From Methanobacteriota archaeon (GTDB lineage: Archaea; Thermoplasmatota; Poseidoniia; MGIII; CG-Epi1), in NCBI GenBank assembly GCA_014240255.1, contig JAAZXG010000002.1, positions 16,191-80,190 of the forward strand: a DNA stretch of 64,000 nucleotides. Direction: 5' to 3'. The notes below the pieces were generated by a model, which was given only the letters and a program-made list of their open reading frames with translations, was not told the origin of the DNA and did no database searches. Shown here piece after piece: positions 55,243-64,000 of the stretch. Numbering within the stretch: position 1 is the stretch's first letter; each line of letters begins with the position of its first letter. Made by a program: the position numbers and the translations under genes.

Positions 55243-55911
55243 ATGATTCAGTTGAACAATGTCCAGCGGCATTATGTGATGTCCTCTGAAACTATTAAGG
55301 CTTTAGATGGAATAACTCTAAGCATCAAATCAGGCGAGCGGATAGTTTTGCTAGGGCCTTCAGGTTCAGGTAAAACAACTCTATTGAATTGTATTTCAGG
55401 TTTAGACACTCCAACCTATGGAGAGTATTTGTTTGGTGGTAATCCAGTGTCGGGTAATAGCGAAGATCTTACCACATTCCGCAGAAAAAATGTAGGTTAT
55501 GTTTTTCAATTTTTCAATTTATTACAAGATTTGACAGTCTTGGAAAATGTTTTGTTAATACAGGAACTTTCAGGCCAGAGAGATGTTAATCGAGCTAAGG
55601 AAGTTCTAAGATTAGTAGGATTAGAAGGTGAGATAGATCGTTTCCCTTCTGAAATTAGTGGCGGTCAACAACAACGTGTTGCAATTGCTAGAAGCATAGC
55701 CAAAAATCCTAAATTGCTTTTGGGTGATGAATTGACTGGTAATCTAGATACTGAGACTTCTGCTAAAGTAATGAACGTCCTCACTGAAGCTTGTAAGAAA
55801 GAAAATATCACAACAGTCATGGTAACACATGACGAGTCCTTAGCAAAGTATGCAACACGTGTAATTCGCCTTGATAGTGGTAAAGTAAAATCAGATGAGC
55901 GAGTATCCTAA
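55243..55911 (+). CDS. ABC transporter ATP-binding protein (MacB/LolD-like)
   Basis: Walker A GPSGSGKTT, signature ISGGQQQRVAIAR, Walker B LLLGDELTGNLD and H-loop VTHD. 222 aa. Confidence 0.9.
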   Translation: MIQLNNVQRHYVMSSETIKALDGITLSIKSGERIVLLGPSGSGKTTLLNCISGLDTPTYGEYLFGGNPVSGNSEDLTTFRRKNVGYVFQFFNLLQDLTVLENVLLIQELSGQRDVNRAKEVLRLVGLEGEIDRFPSEISGGQQQRVAIARSIAKNPKLLLGDELTGNLDTETSAKVMNVLTEACKKENITTVMVTHDESLAKYATRVIRLDSGKVKSDERVS

Positions 55912-55916
55912 GAGCA

Positions 55917-58376
55917 ATGTCTTTTCTTCTAACTAAAAGATTAGCACGTAGCCTTTGGAGAACAAAGATACGTTTGGTTGCAGTAATTTTTATGGTAGTT
56001 ATCGGTGTTTTGGGTGGTATCTCTATGGGTGGTTATGCAACTAATGTATCTGTTCTCTATGATAATATTTATGAAGATGACGAAGAGGGAGTAAATCTTC
56101 CAGATATTTGGGTAAATCTTCCAGGCGGTACTTGGTCTGAAGAGGAATCTAAGAATCTTTGTGATAAATTTGAAGAGAATTTTCCTGTTGATTCACCTTT
56201 AATAGACAAATGTGAACCTAGGTTGGTTGTAGACGGGACACTTTTCCATATAGACAAGTTAGGTGAAGAGATTCTGGTGACTGCAGTCTGGCACGGTATT
56301 GATGAAGGTGAAGTTGATAAGGTTTGGATACCAGATCATGAATGCTGTGAGGGGGAAGTTGCACAAACCCCAACAGAAATTGTAATTGATGCTCATGTAG
56401 CAGAGGATTTGGGTATTTCCGTTGGGAGTTCAGTATCATTAGGTGTTGGTGAGGGTCGTATGAATTTTACAGTAGTTGGTTTGGGTTACCAATCAAATCA
56501 TTTCTGGTTTGCACCTGAAGGGTCTCTTTTTCCAGCTGAAGCTGGCACTTATGTTACAGGTTATCTAACGGCTGAAGGACTTGAGAAACTAGCAAATCTT
56601 ACTTCAGGATCATCAAATAAGATTCTAATTGATTTAGATGGGACTCCAGCTTTTGATTTACCTTCAACTGATGATTTTGAAGGAGATGAGATTTCTCCTG
56701 TCAAAGCCCATGTGATGGAAGTCTTATTGGATGCAGATTCGGGTACAGCAACAGTCAATGATAGAGGAGAGACTCCTTCAGTAGAATTCTTGAGAGCAGA
56801 CCTTGAAGGAGCCCAAAAGAGTTTTCCAGCAGTAACGGCAATGTTGGCCATTGTAGCCTCAATAACGATAATACTTAGCCTGCAAAGATTGATACAGAGT
56901 CAATCTCGAGAAATAGCTATAATGCGGACATTAGGAGTTCCTCGAAACTCGATTATGATAGGCTACATGCTTGCGCCATTAGTTATTGGATTGATTGGTA
57001 GTGCGATAGGTGTTCTATTAGGAGTTCTGTTTGGAATTAGGGCCATGCTCGATGTTTATGAGAGCATAATAGGTCTTCCAATCTTGAACGAAAGTATTGA
57101 CTGGAATATAGTAATGGAGATAGTAGCAATTGCAATGGTAATTGTCTTCCTGTCAGGTCTTAGACCAGCTTGGACAGCATCAAGATTGAAACCATTGGAT
57201 ATTTTAGGCGGCCAACATGAAGTACGCGTGGGTTCTAAGTTTCTTCAGAAGTTGACTTCTAGACTACCTACTACGATTGGATTGACTATTCGTTCAAGCA
57301 TGCGTAAACCAGTTCGTTTAAGTTTGACTTTCATTGCTGTAGGGCTGTCCATGTTGATTTATGGTTCAATGTTGATGTTTTCAGGTTCAATGGTAGATAT
57401 TCTTGTGGATAATTTAGAAGAAGGGCAGCAGTGGGATGTTCAGGCAGACGTCCCTGAAGGAGGCCCAGAAGGTATAATAGCCTGGTCAAACGAGCATAAT
57501 GCAACATACGAATTAGTCATAGAGTATCCTTTTGGAACAATTAAGGATGATACTGGAAAAGCGAAGCCATTTACAGCCATAGGTTTGGAAAAGTTTGCTA
57601 CCGAAGGATCATCAATGCGCCTCGTTAATCTTATTGAAGGAAGATTGCCTGCCAATGAAACTGAAACAGTTCAAGTTTTAGCAGATGAGGGAACTGCAAC
57701 TTTACTTGACTGGAAATTGAATGGAAAGCATACCCTAAAACTTGGAACTATGATGATTGATGTTGAACTTGTGGGTACAACACGTGGTGAGATTTCCCGA
57801 ACAATCTATTTCCATCGCACATTTTTAGAGGAAGATATAGGAATAGAGCCAACATCAGTTTATCTCAAGTTGGAAAATGGTGGTTCTATAGATGGAGATT
57901 TAGCAGACGTATCTCAAGGATTGACAGAGAAACAGAATTTGCTTTCAGGAATTAACAAACTTCTAGAACAACAATCTCAATTCTTAGGAGTGTTTATATT
58001 TCTTGGAATTCTAGTTGCAGTTGCGGTCTTGTTTAATACGTTAGTAATGAATCTTGCAGAGAGAGATTTAGAGTTATCAACCTTGAGAGTTCTTGGAGCT
58101 TCTACGACTAGATTAGGTTCTATGATAATTGGCGAAAATTTTGTAATTGGTTTGGTGGGTGGAATATTTGGTGCTATTTTTGCTTACTTTGGTACTGTCT
58201 ACATAGCAGGTGAATTTTCTTCTTGGACTTTCTATATCACAGTTGTACCTAGTCTAAATATCGTTCTTTTCTTGATTGCTACAGTCATAATAATATCATT
58301 AGCTATTACACCATATGGAATTTGGCGTCTAAGAAGAATGGATTTAGTAGAAAAAGTAAAAGATTTCAGTAGTTGA
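55917..58376 (+). CDS. ABC transporter permease with two FtsX-type modules and two large extracytoplasmic domains
   Basis: 819 aa. An N-terminal TM, a ~270-aa ectodomain and 3 TM helices make one unit, and that unit is then repeated. The FtsX-like C-terminal helices are present (..LRVLGAS...L......ENF..GL.G...G). Confidence 0.85.
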   Translation: MSFLLTKRLARSLWRTKIRLVAVIFMVVIGVLGGISMGGYATNVSVLYDNIYEDDEEGVNLPDIWVNLPGGTWSEEESKNLCDKFEENFPVDSPLIDKCEPRLVVDGTLFHIDKLGEEILVTAVWHGIDEGEVDKVWIPDHECCEGEVAQTPTEIVIDAHVAEDLGISVGSSVSLGVGEGRMNFTVVGLGYQSNHFWFAPEGSLFPAEAGTYVTGYLTAEGLEKLANLTSGSSNKILIDLDGTPAFDLPSTDDFEGDEISPVKAHVMEVLLDADSGTATVNDRGETPSVEFLRADLEGAQKSFPAVTAMLAIVASITIILSLQRLIQSQSREIAIMRTLGVPRNSIMIGYMLAPLVIGLIGSAIGVLLGVLFGIRAMLDVYESIIGLPILNESIDWNIVMEIVAIAMVIVFLSGLRPAWTASRLKPLDILGGQHEVRVGSKFLQKLTSRLPTTIGLTIRSSMRKPVRLSLTFIAVGLSMLIYGSMLMFSGSMVDILVDNLEEGQQWDVQADVPEGGPEGIIAWSNEHNATYELVIEYPFGTIKDDTGKAKPFTAIGLEKFATEGSSMRLVNLIEGRLPANETETVQVLADEGTATLLDWKLNGKHTLKLGTMMIDVELVGTTRGEISRTIYFHRTFLEEDIGIEPTSVYLKLENGGSIDGDLADVSQGLTEKQNLLSGINKLLEQQSQFLGVFIFLGILVAVAVLFNTLVMNLAERDLELSTLRVLGASTTRLGSMIIGENFVIGLVGGIFGAIFAYFGTVYIAGEFSSWTFYITVVPSLNIVLFLIATVIIISLAITPYGIWRLRRMDLVEKVKDFSS

Positions 58377-58854
58377 GTAGTTTTTTTGCTTCAGAAATAA
58401 TAAGTTCAATTGAATTTTCTAAAACATGGCTATCTTCTACTTCAATAAGTTTAACATTATCTTTAGATCTTTTTAAGTAATCTTTACTAGCGCTAATTGG
58501 TACAATATCATCTGTAATTGAATGTATTATTACTACTGGCATATCATCAGGTGCTCTTAAATTTTTCGGGTTGTCATTTGGAGGTTCAGGAAAATGCAAG
58601 GCTGGAGCAAGTAACAATAATCCTTTGACTTTGTCAGGTTTTCTTTGGGCAGCGAGTGCACATGCAAGTCCACCCCAGCTAGATCCCGCAAGCACAAAAC
58701 CACCTGCTTCTATTGTTTCTTCTATAAGTTCTACTCTATCTATAAGTTCCATTTCATTAAAATCAGGCGCTATCACCTTAATTCCACTTTTCCGAATGGC
58801 TGTAATCTTACTCCCGTTTGGACTTCCCCATAGCCCATGTGCCCAGACTAACAT
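58366..58854 (-). CDS. small alpha/beta-fold hydrolase (YqiA-like esterase)
   Basis: VWAHGLWGSPNGSK, nucleophile elbow GSSWGG, and later TDDIV and DSHVL as candidate Asp/His. 162 aa. It is divergent from kynA across 48 nt. Confidence 0.65.
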   Translation of the reverse strand: MLVWAHGLWGSPNGSKITAIRKSGIKVIAPDFNEMELIDRVELIEETIEAGGFVLAGSSWGGLACALAAQRKPDKVKGLLLLAPALHFPEPPNDNPKNLRAPDDMPVVIIHSITDDIVPISASKDYLKRSKDNVKLIEVEDSHVLENSIELIISEAKKLLNY

Positions 58855-58902
58855 AATCCCCTAAACGCAGTCGATATAATATACAATCCTTATTAGGCAA
58901 TA

Positions 58903-59841
58903 ATGTCACCAACATACTCAGAGTATCTTAGATTGGAAGAGTTGCTTAAATTACAAACAGGAGTTAAGGATGACAAAAGGAAAATTAGTAATGATGAGTT
59001 GCATTTTATTTTGGTACATCAGAACTTTGAATTATGGTTCAAATTAATAATTAATGAACTAAAGAGTACAATAGATATTTTATCTTCAACTTATGTCGAA
59101 GAAACAAAACTCCCTCAAGCAGTACATCATATGAATAGAGTAATTGAAACATTCAAATTGATGTCCCAGCAGTGGAGAGTCATGGAAACTCTTGAACCAC
59201 AAGATTTCCTAAATTTTAGAGATGAATTAGGTACTGCCTCTGGTTTTGAATCGTTTCAAATGAGAGAAATGGAATCACTTATGGGTAAAAAATGGATTGA
59301 TGGTAAACCTGTTGGAAAAGATGAAAAATCTCTTGAAAAATCTTTGTATGAAGTTACTTGTGATTGGCTTGAGCGAACTCCTATTCAAGGATCTACTCCA
59401 AATTCTGTAGATGATGAGAGTCAGGTTAATAATTTCATTAAAGAATATTTGAAAGCCCATAAAAGCTTGTATCCTGATACAACTCAAGATGCGATTGATT
59501 TTTTTGAAGAAAAATCTTCATTACGTCGAAGAAGAGCCGGATTAGTATTCATAGAATCTTATCGTGAACTTCCATTGTTAGCTTGGCCTCGTAAGTTGAT
59601 TTCTACACTTATTGAGTTAGAAGAATCTATGATTCTTTGGCGCAGTTCACATGCCCGCATGGTCGAACGCATGATTGGTAGAAGAGTAGGTACGGGCGGT
59701 TCATCAGGTGTTGATTATCTCGATATGACTACCAAATATCGTGTTTTCATTGATCTTTGGTCAGTTCGTAGTGTTTTGATTAAAAAAGAAGCATTACCAA
59801 CTCTTAATAATCCAGATTTTTATGAATTTAAAGGAGAATAA
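58903..59841 (+). CDS. kynA: tryptophan 2,3-dioxygenase
   Basis: YSEYLRLEELLKLQ, ..DELHFILVHQNFELWFK (distal His), METLEPQDFLNFRDELGTASGFESFQMRE, and WRSSHARMVERMIGRRVGTGGSSGVDYL (proximal His) match the TDO family pattern. Confidence 0.85.
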   Translation: MSPTYSEYLRLEELLKLQTGVKDDKRKISNDELHFILVHQNFELWFKLIINELKSTIDILSSTYVEETKLPQAVHHMNRVIETFKLMSQQWRVMETLEPQDFLNFRDELGTASGFESFQMREMESLMGKKWIDGKPVGKDEKSLEKSLYEVTCDWLERTPIQGSTPNSVDDESQVNNFIKEYLKAHKSLYPDTTQDAIDFFEEKSSLRRRRAGLVFIESYRELPLLAWPRKLISTLIELEESMILWRSSHARMVERMIGRRVGTGGSSGVDYLDMTTKYRVFIDLWSVRSVLIKKEALPTLNNPDFYEFKGE

Positions 59842-60579
59842 ATGATTAATTTAGATGGTAAAAGAGCATTAGTTTGTGGGGGTACGAGCGGAATTGGAGA
59901 AGCAGCAGCAAAGGCCATTAGAGATTGTGGTGCAGACGTCGTTATTTTGTCTCGTAGTGCTTCTGGTAATAATACAATTTCTTGTGATCTTGAAGATTTA
60001 GATTCACTTACAGTTTCGGTAAACAAAGAAATAGAAAATAATGGTCATTTTGAAATATTAATTAATAACTCAGGTGGTCCGCCATCAGGCCCTCTTATTA
60101 ACGCAAAACCTCGTGACTTCGAAAAAGCTTTTTTGAGACATGTTTTAGCTTCACAAACACTTGTACAACTTGTTTTACCTGGCATGAAAAAAGCTAATTA
60201 TGGAAGAATAATAAATATAATTTCCACATCAGTTAAAGAGCCGATTGTAGGCCTTGGCGTTAGTAATACGATAAGGGGAGCGATGGCCTCTTGGTCTAAG
60301 ACTTTTTCAAAAGAATTACCACCTTCTATAACAATAAATAATGTTCTTCCAGGGTTTACTGACACTGAGCGTTTAGAAGAATTAAAACAAACCTTATCCA
60401 AACAAAAGGGCATAAGTCCAAATGAAGTAGAAAAGGCTTGGTTGGGTACAGTTCCCGAAGGACGTTTGGCAGATCCCTCTGAATTAGGTCAAGTAGTTGC
60501 ATTTTTGGCGTCACCTGCAGCAAGTTTTGTCAGAGGCGTTAGTCTTCCAGTAGATGGTGGAAGGACCGGTTCAATATAA
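59842..60579 (+). CDS. atypical short-chain dehydrogenase/reductase lacking the catalytic Tyr
   Basis: Rossmann motif ALVCGGTSGIGEAAA and NNSGG. The usual YxxxK is absent: the protein has a single Tyr (ANYGRI), and the expected region reads GVSNTIRGAMASWSK. Confidence 0.8.
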   Translation: MINLDGKRALVCGGTSGIGEAAAKAIRDCGADVVILSRSASGNNTISCDLEDLDSLTVSVNKEIENNGHFEILINNSGGPPSGPLINAKPRDFEKAFLRHVLASQTLVQLVLPGMKKANYGRIINIISTSVKEPIVGLGVSNTIRGAMASWSKTFSKELPPSITINNVLPGFTDTERLEELKQTLSKQKGISPNEVEKAWLGTVPEGRLADPSELGQVVAFLASPAASFVRGVSLPVDGGRTGSI

Positions 60580-61820
60580 TGGATTTTGACATTTTTTTAT
60601 CAATAGCTCAGACTCCAGTAGATAGTTATACGCCAGATGAAAACACAATGTTTTCAAATTTCTTTAATCAGCTAGAAGTTGCAGACAAATTGGGTTTTGG
60701 TACGGCTTGGGTAGCTCAAGCACACCTATCTACCGAAGTACAAAAAATGAATAAGCAACCAGTAGTTCCACATTGGGAAGGTGAAGTAGGACTATGTACC
60801 GATTTTTTCCAGCTTGCTCATTTAATGTTTTCTAGGACTAAAAACATTCATGTAGGTTCAGCAGTTATGAGTCTTCTTACACATGGAGGTCCAGTAGGCA
60901 TAGCAGAACGCGTTGGAGCTTTCTTAGCTTTACATGGTCTTAAGAAGGATGAAAAAAGAAAATTACGTATTGGCTTTTCAGCAGGTAGATTTGAGTTTAT
61001 GGCACGTCCATATGGAATAGTTCCAAGGGATATCGTTGAGGAAGCTGCTTGGCCTGCTTTACGTGGTCAAATATTTGGAGAAGCATGTGAAATATTTTTG
61101 AGATTATTGAATGGTGAAATAGTTAATAGTGATATAATAAGAAAAACAGTACTTACACGATCTAATTTCCGTAGCGATGAGGATTGGGCTAAGGTTCAGA
61201 ATGCAGTATTGGAAAGAGATTCCATATCAAAAGTTCCAGATAGCATTACAATACCAAATCGTTATATTTTTGAAGATGTTAAAAATATACCACAAGCTTG
61301 GAATCGTGAACTTTTAGATTTAATTATAGGTTCTCATGATCCTAAATTACAGAAAGAGGTGAATGAGATTCTCCCTGTTAAAGTTTTTAATTTATCAATT
61401 ACACCTCCTGAGTTAATAGAGAAAACTCACGAAAGAATGAAAATTGATTATAATTCAGGTGGAGGTTCTTGGAAAAGAAATTACATGCCAAGAACAATAA
61501 TGGTTTTCTTAAATGATGAACCAAATATTTCAGATTCTGAGCGTAATTCTCAGGCTAAATTAGAGGCTGATAAAGCACTTAATTCATATTGGGGTGCTTT
61601 AGAAGGTACAATAGACCCTGCAAAAGTATCTAGGGCTGCTGAGAATTCAGTAGTAGGCAATGTTGAGGACGTATCTCAGCAGATAGCTGAACGTTTTGAT
61701 CCTAATGATTGCATTATGACTTGGTTTGATTTTTTCAATCATGATAGTCCTCGAGTGATAAGAAATATGGAAGCTTTCATGAACAAGGTTGTTCCTCGTG
61801 TTAGAGAATTGATAAAATGA
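60579..61820 (+). CDS. luciferase-like (LLM class) flavin-dependent oxidoreductase
   Basis: The N-terminal ...LEVADKLGFGTAWVAQAHL and the overall TIM-barrel layout (..HVGSAV..) resemble LLM monooxygenases. The call is by eye. The start shares a nt with the SDR stop. Confidence 0.65.
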   Translation: MDFDIFLSIAQTPVDSYTPDENTMFSNFFNQLEVADKLGFGTAWVAQAHLSTEVQKMNKQPVVPHWEGEVGLCTDFFQLAHLMFSRTKNIHVGSAVMSLLTHGGPVGIAERVGAFLALHGLKKDEKRKLRIGFSAGRFEFMARPYGIVPRDIVEEAAWPALRGQIFGEACEIFLRLLNGEIVNSDIIRKTVLTRSNFRSDEDWAKVQNAVLERDSISKVPDSITIPNRYIFEDVKNIPQAWNRELLDLIIGSHDPKLQKEVNEILPVKVFNLSITPPELIEKTHERMKIDYNSGGGSWKRNYMPRTIMVFLNDEPNISDSERNSQAKLEADKALNSYWGALEGTIDPAKVSRAAENSVVGNVEDVSQQIAERFDPNDCIMTWFDFFNHDSPRVIRNMEAFMNKVVPRVRELIK

Positions 61821-62917
61821 GTCATCCAACAGATGTTAGTCAATTGTATCCAAGTAGTCCTTTAGGAGAAACTGACAGTGATGTTCCAACCGGTCGAGAT
61901 GTAGAATGGGAGCCTTTGGTAGATTATCGAAGGAATGGTGTTAGTGAAACCACAATTCATGGTGCAGTAGCTTGGTACAGTGGAGGCAAGAACATACACA
62001 GTTTTGGTGGGAATGTTCTTTGCTATGGCCGTTCAATGATGAAGCCATTAATGCTTAAAGTATTCGCAGAAGAATTATCCAATCTTACTTGGGATCAGAA
62101 GGCTATTTCAATAGCTAGTCATAATGGAACTTCAGAGCATGTTAAAGCCGCTCAATCATTACTTCCTCAATCTGATTGGGGATTAATGCAAACACCGCTT
62201 GATTTGCCCTTAGTACAATTTGGAAGACAAGTTCGTAGAGCAAGACGTTGGTATTCTAATTCTTCAGGACAACATGCAGCTATTCTTTTGGGCTGTCGTC
62301 GTAAAGGTTGGAATCGGGCAGGATATACACTTCCTAGCCACCCTTTTTTCTTTGCATTTTTAGAAGAGATAAGACATTTCCTTGGGAAGAATTGGAATCC
62401 TAAAAGAATAGCTCGCGATGGAGATGGATTTCCTACTTTATCAAATACAGTTAATGAATTAGCTGCATGTTATGCTGGATTAGCTAAAGAAAAAGAAGAT
62501 AATTGGATTTGGGAAGCTATGACTAAAAATCCAGATTTAGTAGGTGGTTTCAATAGATTAGATACTACAATAATTAAAACATGTAAAGGTAATGTTATTG
62601 CTAAAGAAGGCGCAGATGGTCTTCTTGGTTTATCTATAATCCATGATGATTATCCTGAAGGTTTAGGAGTAGTTGTAAAAATTGCTCATGGATGGAATCC
62701 ACAGGCTACATGGTATATTGCAAGAGGAATTTTAGGAGTTCTAGGAATGGAACTTAGAAATCCCTATCCACTTCGAAGGCAGAAAGCATTTCTGGTACCT
62801 GGCGTTGTTCCTCCAAAATATCTTGAAAAATTAAAAGACATTCCTACTTGGGATGAGTGGGATCCCGATAACGATCGTTGGTATTTTAATCCAGAGGATT
62901 ATAAGAGTCCCGAATGA
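61817..62917 (+). CDS. asparaginase-II-like (PF06089-type) protein
   Basis: RSMMKPLM and IASHNGTSEHV resemble the RSaaKPfQ and ASHsGe..H motifs of the Rhizobium-type asparaginase family. Later AKEGADGL.G. ATGA overlap with the LLM gene. Confidence 0.6.
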   Translation: MSHPTDVSQLYPSSPLGETDSDVPTGRDVEWEPLVDYRRNGVSETTIHGAVAWYSGGKNIHSFGGNVLCYGRSMMKPLMLKVFAEELSNLTWDQKAISIASHNGTSEHVKAAQSLLPQSDWGLMQTPLDLPLVQFGRQVRRARRWYSNSSGQHAAILLGCRRKGWNRAGYTLPSHPFFFAFLEEIRHFLGKNWNPKRIARDGDGFPTLSNTVNELAACYAGLAKEKEDNWIWEAMTKNPDLVGGFNRLDTTIIKTCKGNVIAKEGADGLLGLSIIHDDYPEGLGVVVKIAHGWNPQATWYIARGILGVLGMELRNPYPLRRQKAFLVPGVVPPKYLEKLKDIPTWDEWDPDNDRWYFNPEDYKSPE

Positions 62918-64000
62918 TTAAGATTCATAATTTTATAAATGGAAAATTTATTGCCTTAGACAAAAATTTAGAGGATATAAATCCAGCTAATGGAGAGAAA
63001 ATAGCCTTTATTCCTAATTCTAATCATAACGATGTTGATTTAGCCGTCCAAGCGGCAGATAGTGCGCGTGAATCTTGGTCTGCCTTATCAATAGGTGAAA
63101 GGGCATTTTGGTTAAGTAAGATTGCGGATGCTCTTGAAATTCGTTCAGAAGAAATTGCGTCCTTGGAATCTTTAGATACAGGTAAGCCAATATCTTTAGC
63201 AAGAGCTGTAGATGCATCTCGTTCAGTGGCCAATTTTCGTTTTTTCGGAGAATTTGCTAAAGATTTCCAACAAGAAAATTTTGAAATGGATGATGCTACA
63301 AATCATGTAATTTTGAAGCCAGTTGGAATTGCAGGATTAATTACTCCTTGGAACTTACCACTTTATCTTCTTTCTTGGAAAATTGCACCAGCTATAGTAA
63401 TGGGCAATACAGTAATAGCAAAACCATCAGAGTTAACTCCTCTAACTGCAAATCTTTTGGCAGAGGTCATTCATGATGTAGGTTTACCAAAGGGTGTAGT
63501 GAACATAGTACATGGCTTAGGTTCAGATGTTGGTCAAGCCATTGTAGAACACCCAAAGATAAATTTGATTTCATTTACAGGAGGGACTGCTACTGGAAAA
63601 AAAGTAGCTGAAACAGCAGCACCTATGTTCAAAAAATTGAGTTTGGAATTGGGTGGAAAAAATGCAACAATTGTTCTTGATGATGCCGATATTGAGGCTA
63701 CAATTCCAGGTGTAGCTAGAGCTGGTTTTTTGAACCAAGGCCAAGTTTGTTTATGCGGCAGCCGTATTTTTGTATCTAAAAAAATATGGGGTGACTTTGT
63801 TCCTAAATTTGTTAATTATGTTAAAAATATGAAAATAGGAGATCCTTCTTCTGATGATTCAGAATTGGGTGCTTTAGTTTCTTTTGCTCATCGAGATAAA
63901 GTTGAATCTTATATTCATTTGGCTCAGAGAGAAGGTGGTGAAATATTGTGCGGAGGTAAGAGTCCTGATTTAGATTCACCTTATGACAAAGGAGCTTTTT
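62914..64000 (+). CDS. NAD-dependent aldehyde dehydrogenase, 2-hydroxy/2-aminomuconate-semialdehyde dehydrogenase-like (partial, runs off the right edge)
   Basis: My own translation from the ATG at 62914 (ATGA overlap) is MIKIHNFINGKF...SLDTGKPISLARAVDASRSVANFRFFGEF...ITPWNLPL...ELGGKN (catalytic Glu)...GQVCLCGSR (catalytic Cys). The NFRFF motif is typical of the ALDH8/XylG/AmnC clade. It is absent from the ORF track because no stop lies in the window. Confidence 0.9.
   Translation, partial: MIKIHNFINGKFIALDKNLEDINPANGEKIAFIPNSNHNDVDLAVQAADSARESWSALSIGERAFWLSKIADALEIRSEEIASLESLDTGKPISLARAVDASRSVANFRFFGEFAKDFQQENFEMDDATNHVILKPVGIAGLITPWNLPLYLLSWKIAPAIVMGNTVIAKPSELTPLTANLLAEVIHDVGLPKGVVNIVHGLGSDVGQAIVEHPKINLISFTGGTATGKKVAETAAPMFKKLSLELGGKNATIVLDDADIEATIPGVARAGFLNQGQVCLCGSRIFVSKKIWGDFVPKFVNYVKNMKIGDPSSDDSELGALVSFAHRDKVESYIHLAQREGGEILCGGKSPDLDSPYDKGAF

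Overview
This is a very compact, low-GC archaeal chromosomal segment. By my calls, only about 1.3 kb of the 64 kb lies outside a CDS or tRNA.

**Gene content.** Archaeal information-processing genes:
- aIF2-beta, fibrillarin, Top6B, TrmY and deoxyhypusine synthase
- an S19e-L39e-L31e-aIF6 cluster and an archaeal-type AlaRS
- bacterial-type GyrA and a type IA topoisomerase
- a giant Lhr helicase and a nuclease-less Hef-like helicase

There are also secreted PKD/Ig-like surface proteins, an OPT peptide transporter and aminotransferases. This mix fits a planktonic heterotrophic euryarchaeote of the Marine Group II/III (Thermoplasmatota) type; that assignment is inference only.

**RNA genes and mobile elements.** Two tRNAs were found by manual folding: Gly-UCC on the minus strand and Thr-GGU on the plus strand. 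I saw no rRNA, CRISPR array, transposase or integrase.

**Candidates for undescribed biology:**
1. A tryptophan 2,3-dioxygenase-led, translationally coupled operon (58.9-64 kb) whose other members do not match the canonical kynurenine pathway.
2. A module at 51.9-58.4 kb: a wHTH gene, a micro-ORF, a beta-propeller protein and a MacB-like ABC transporter. Two promoters carrying the same CCAAA-N4-TTTGG palindrome drive it.
3. A DHCR24/DIMINUTO-like FAD reductase in an archaeon.
4. A 1778-aa Lhr with a roughly 920-aa C-terminal extension of several wHTH-like segments.
5. A topA-hef operon, which would be a possible archaeal dissolvasome.
6. dys coupled to a DDAH-fold enzyme.
7. A split RsmF-type methyltransferase.

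**Limits.** All homology statements rest on motif and collinearity recognition by eye. No searches were run.
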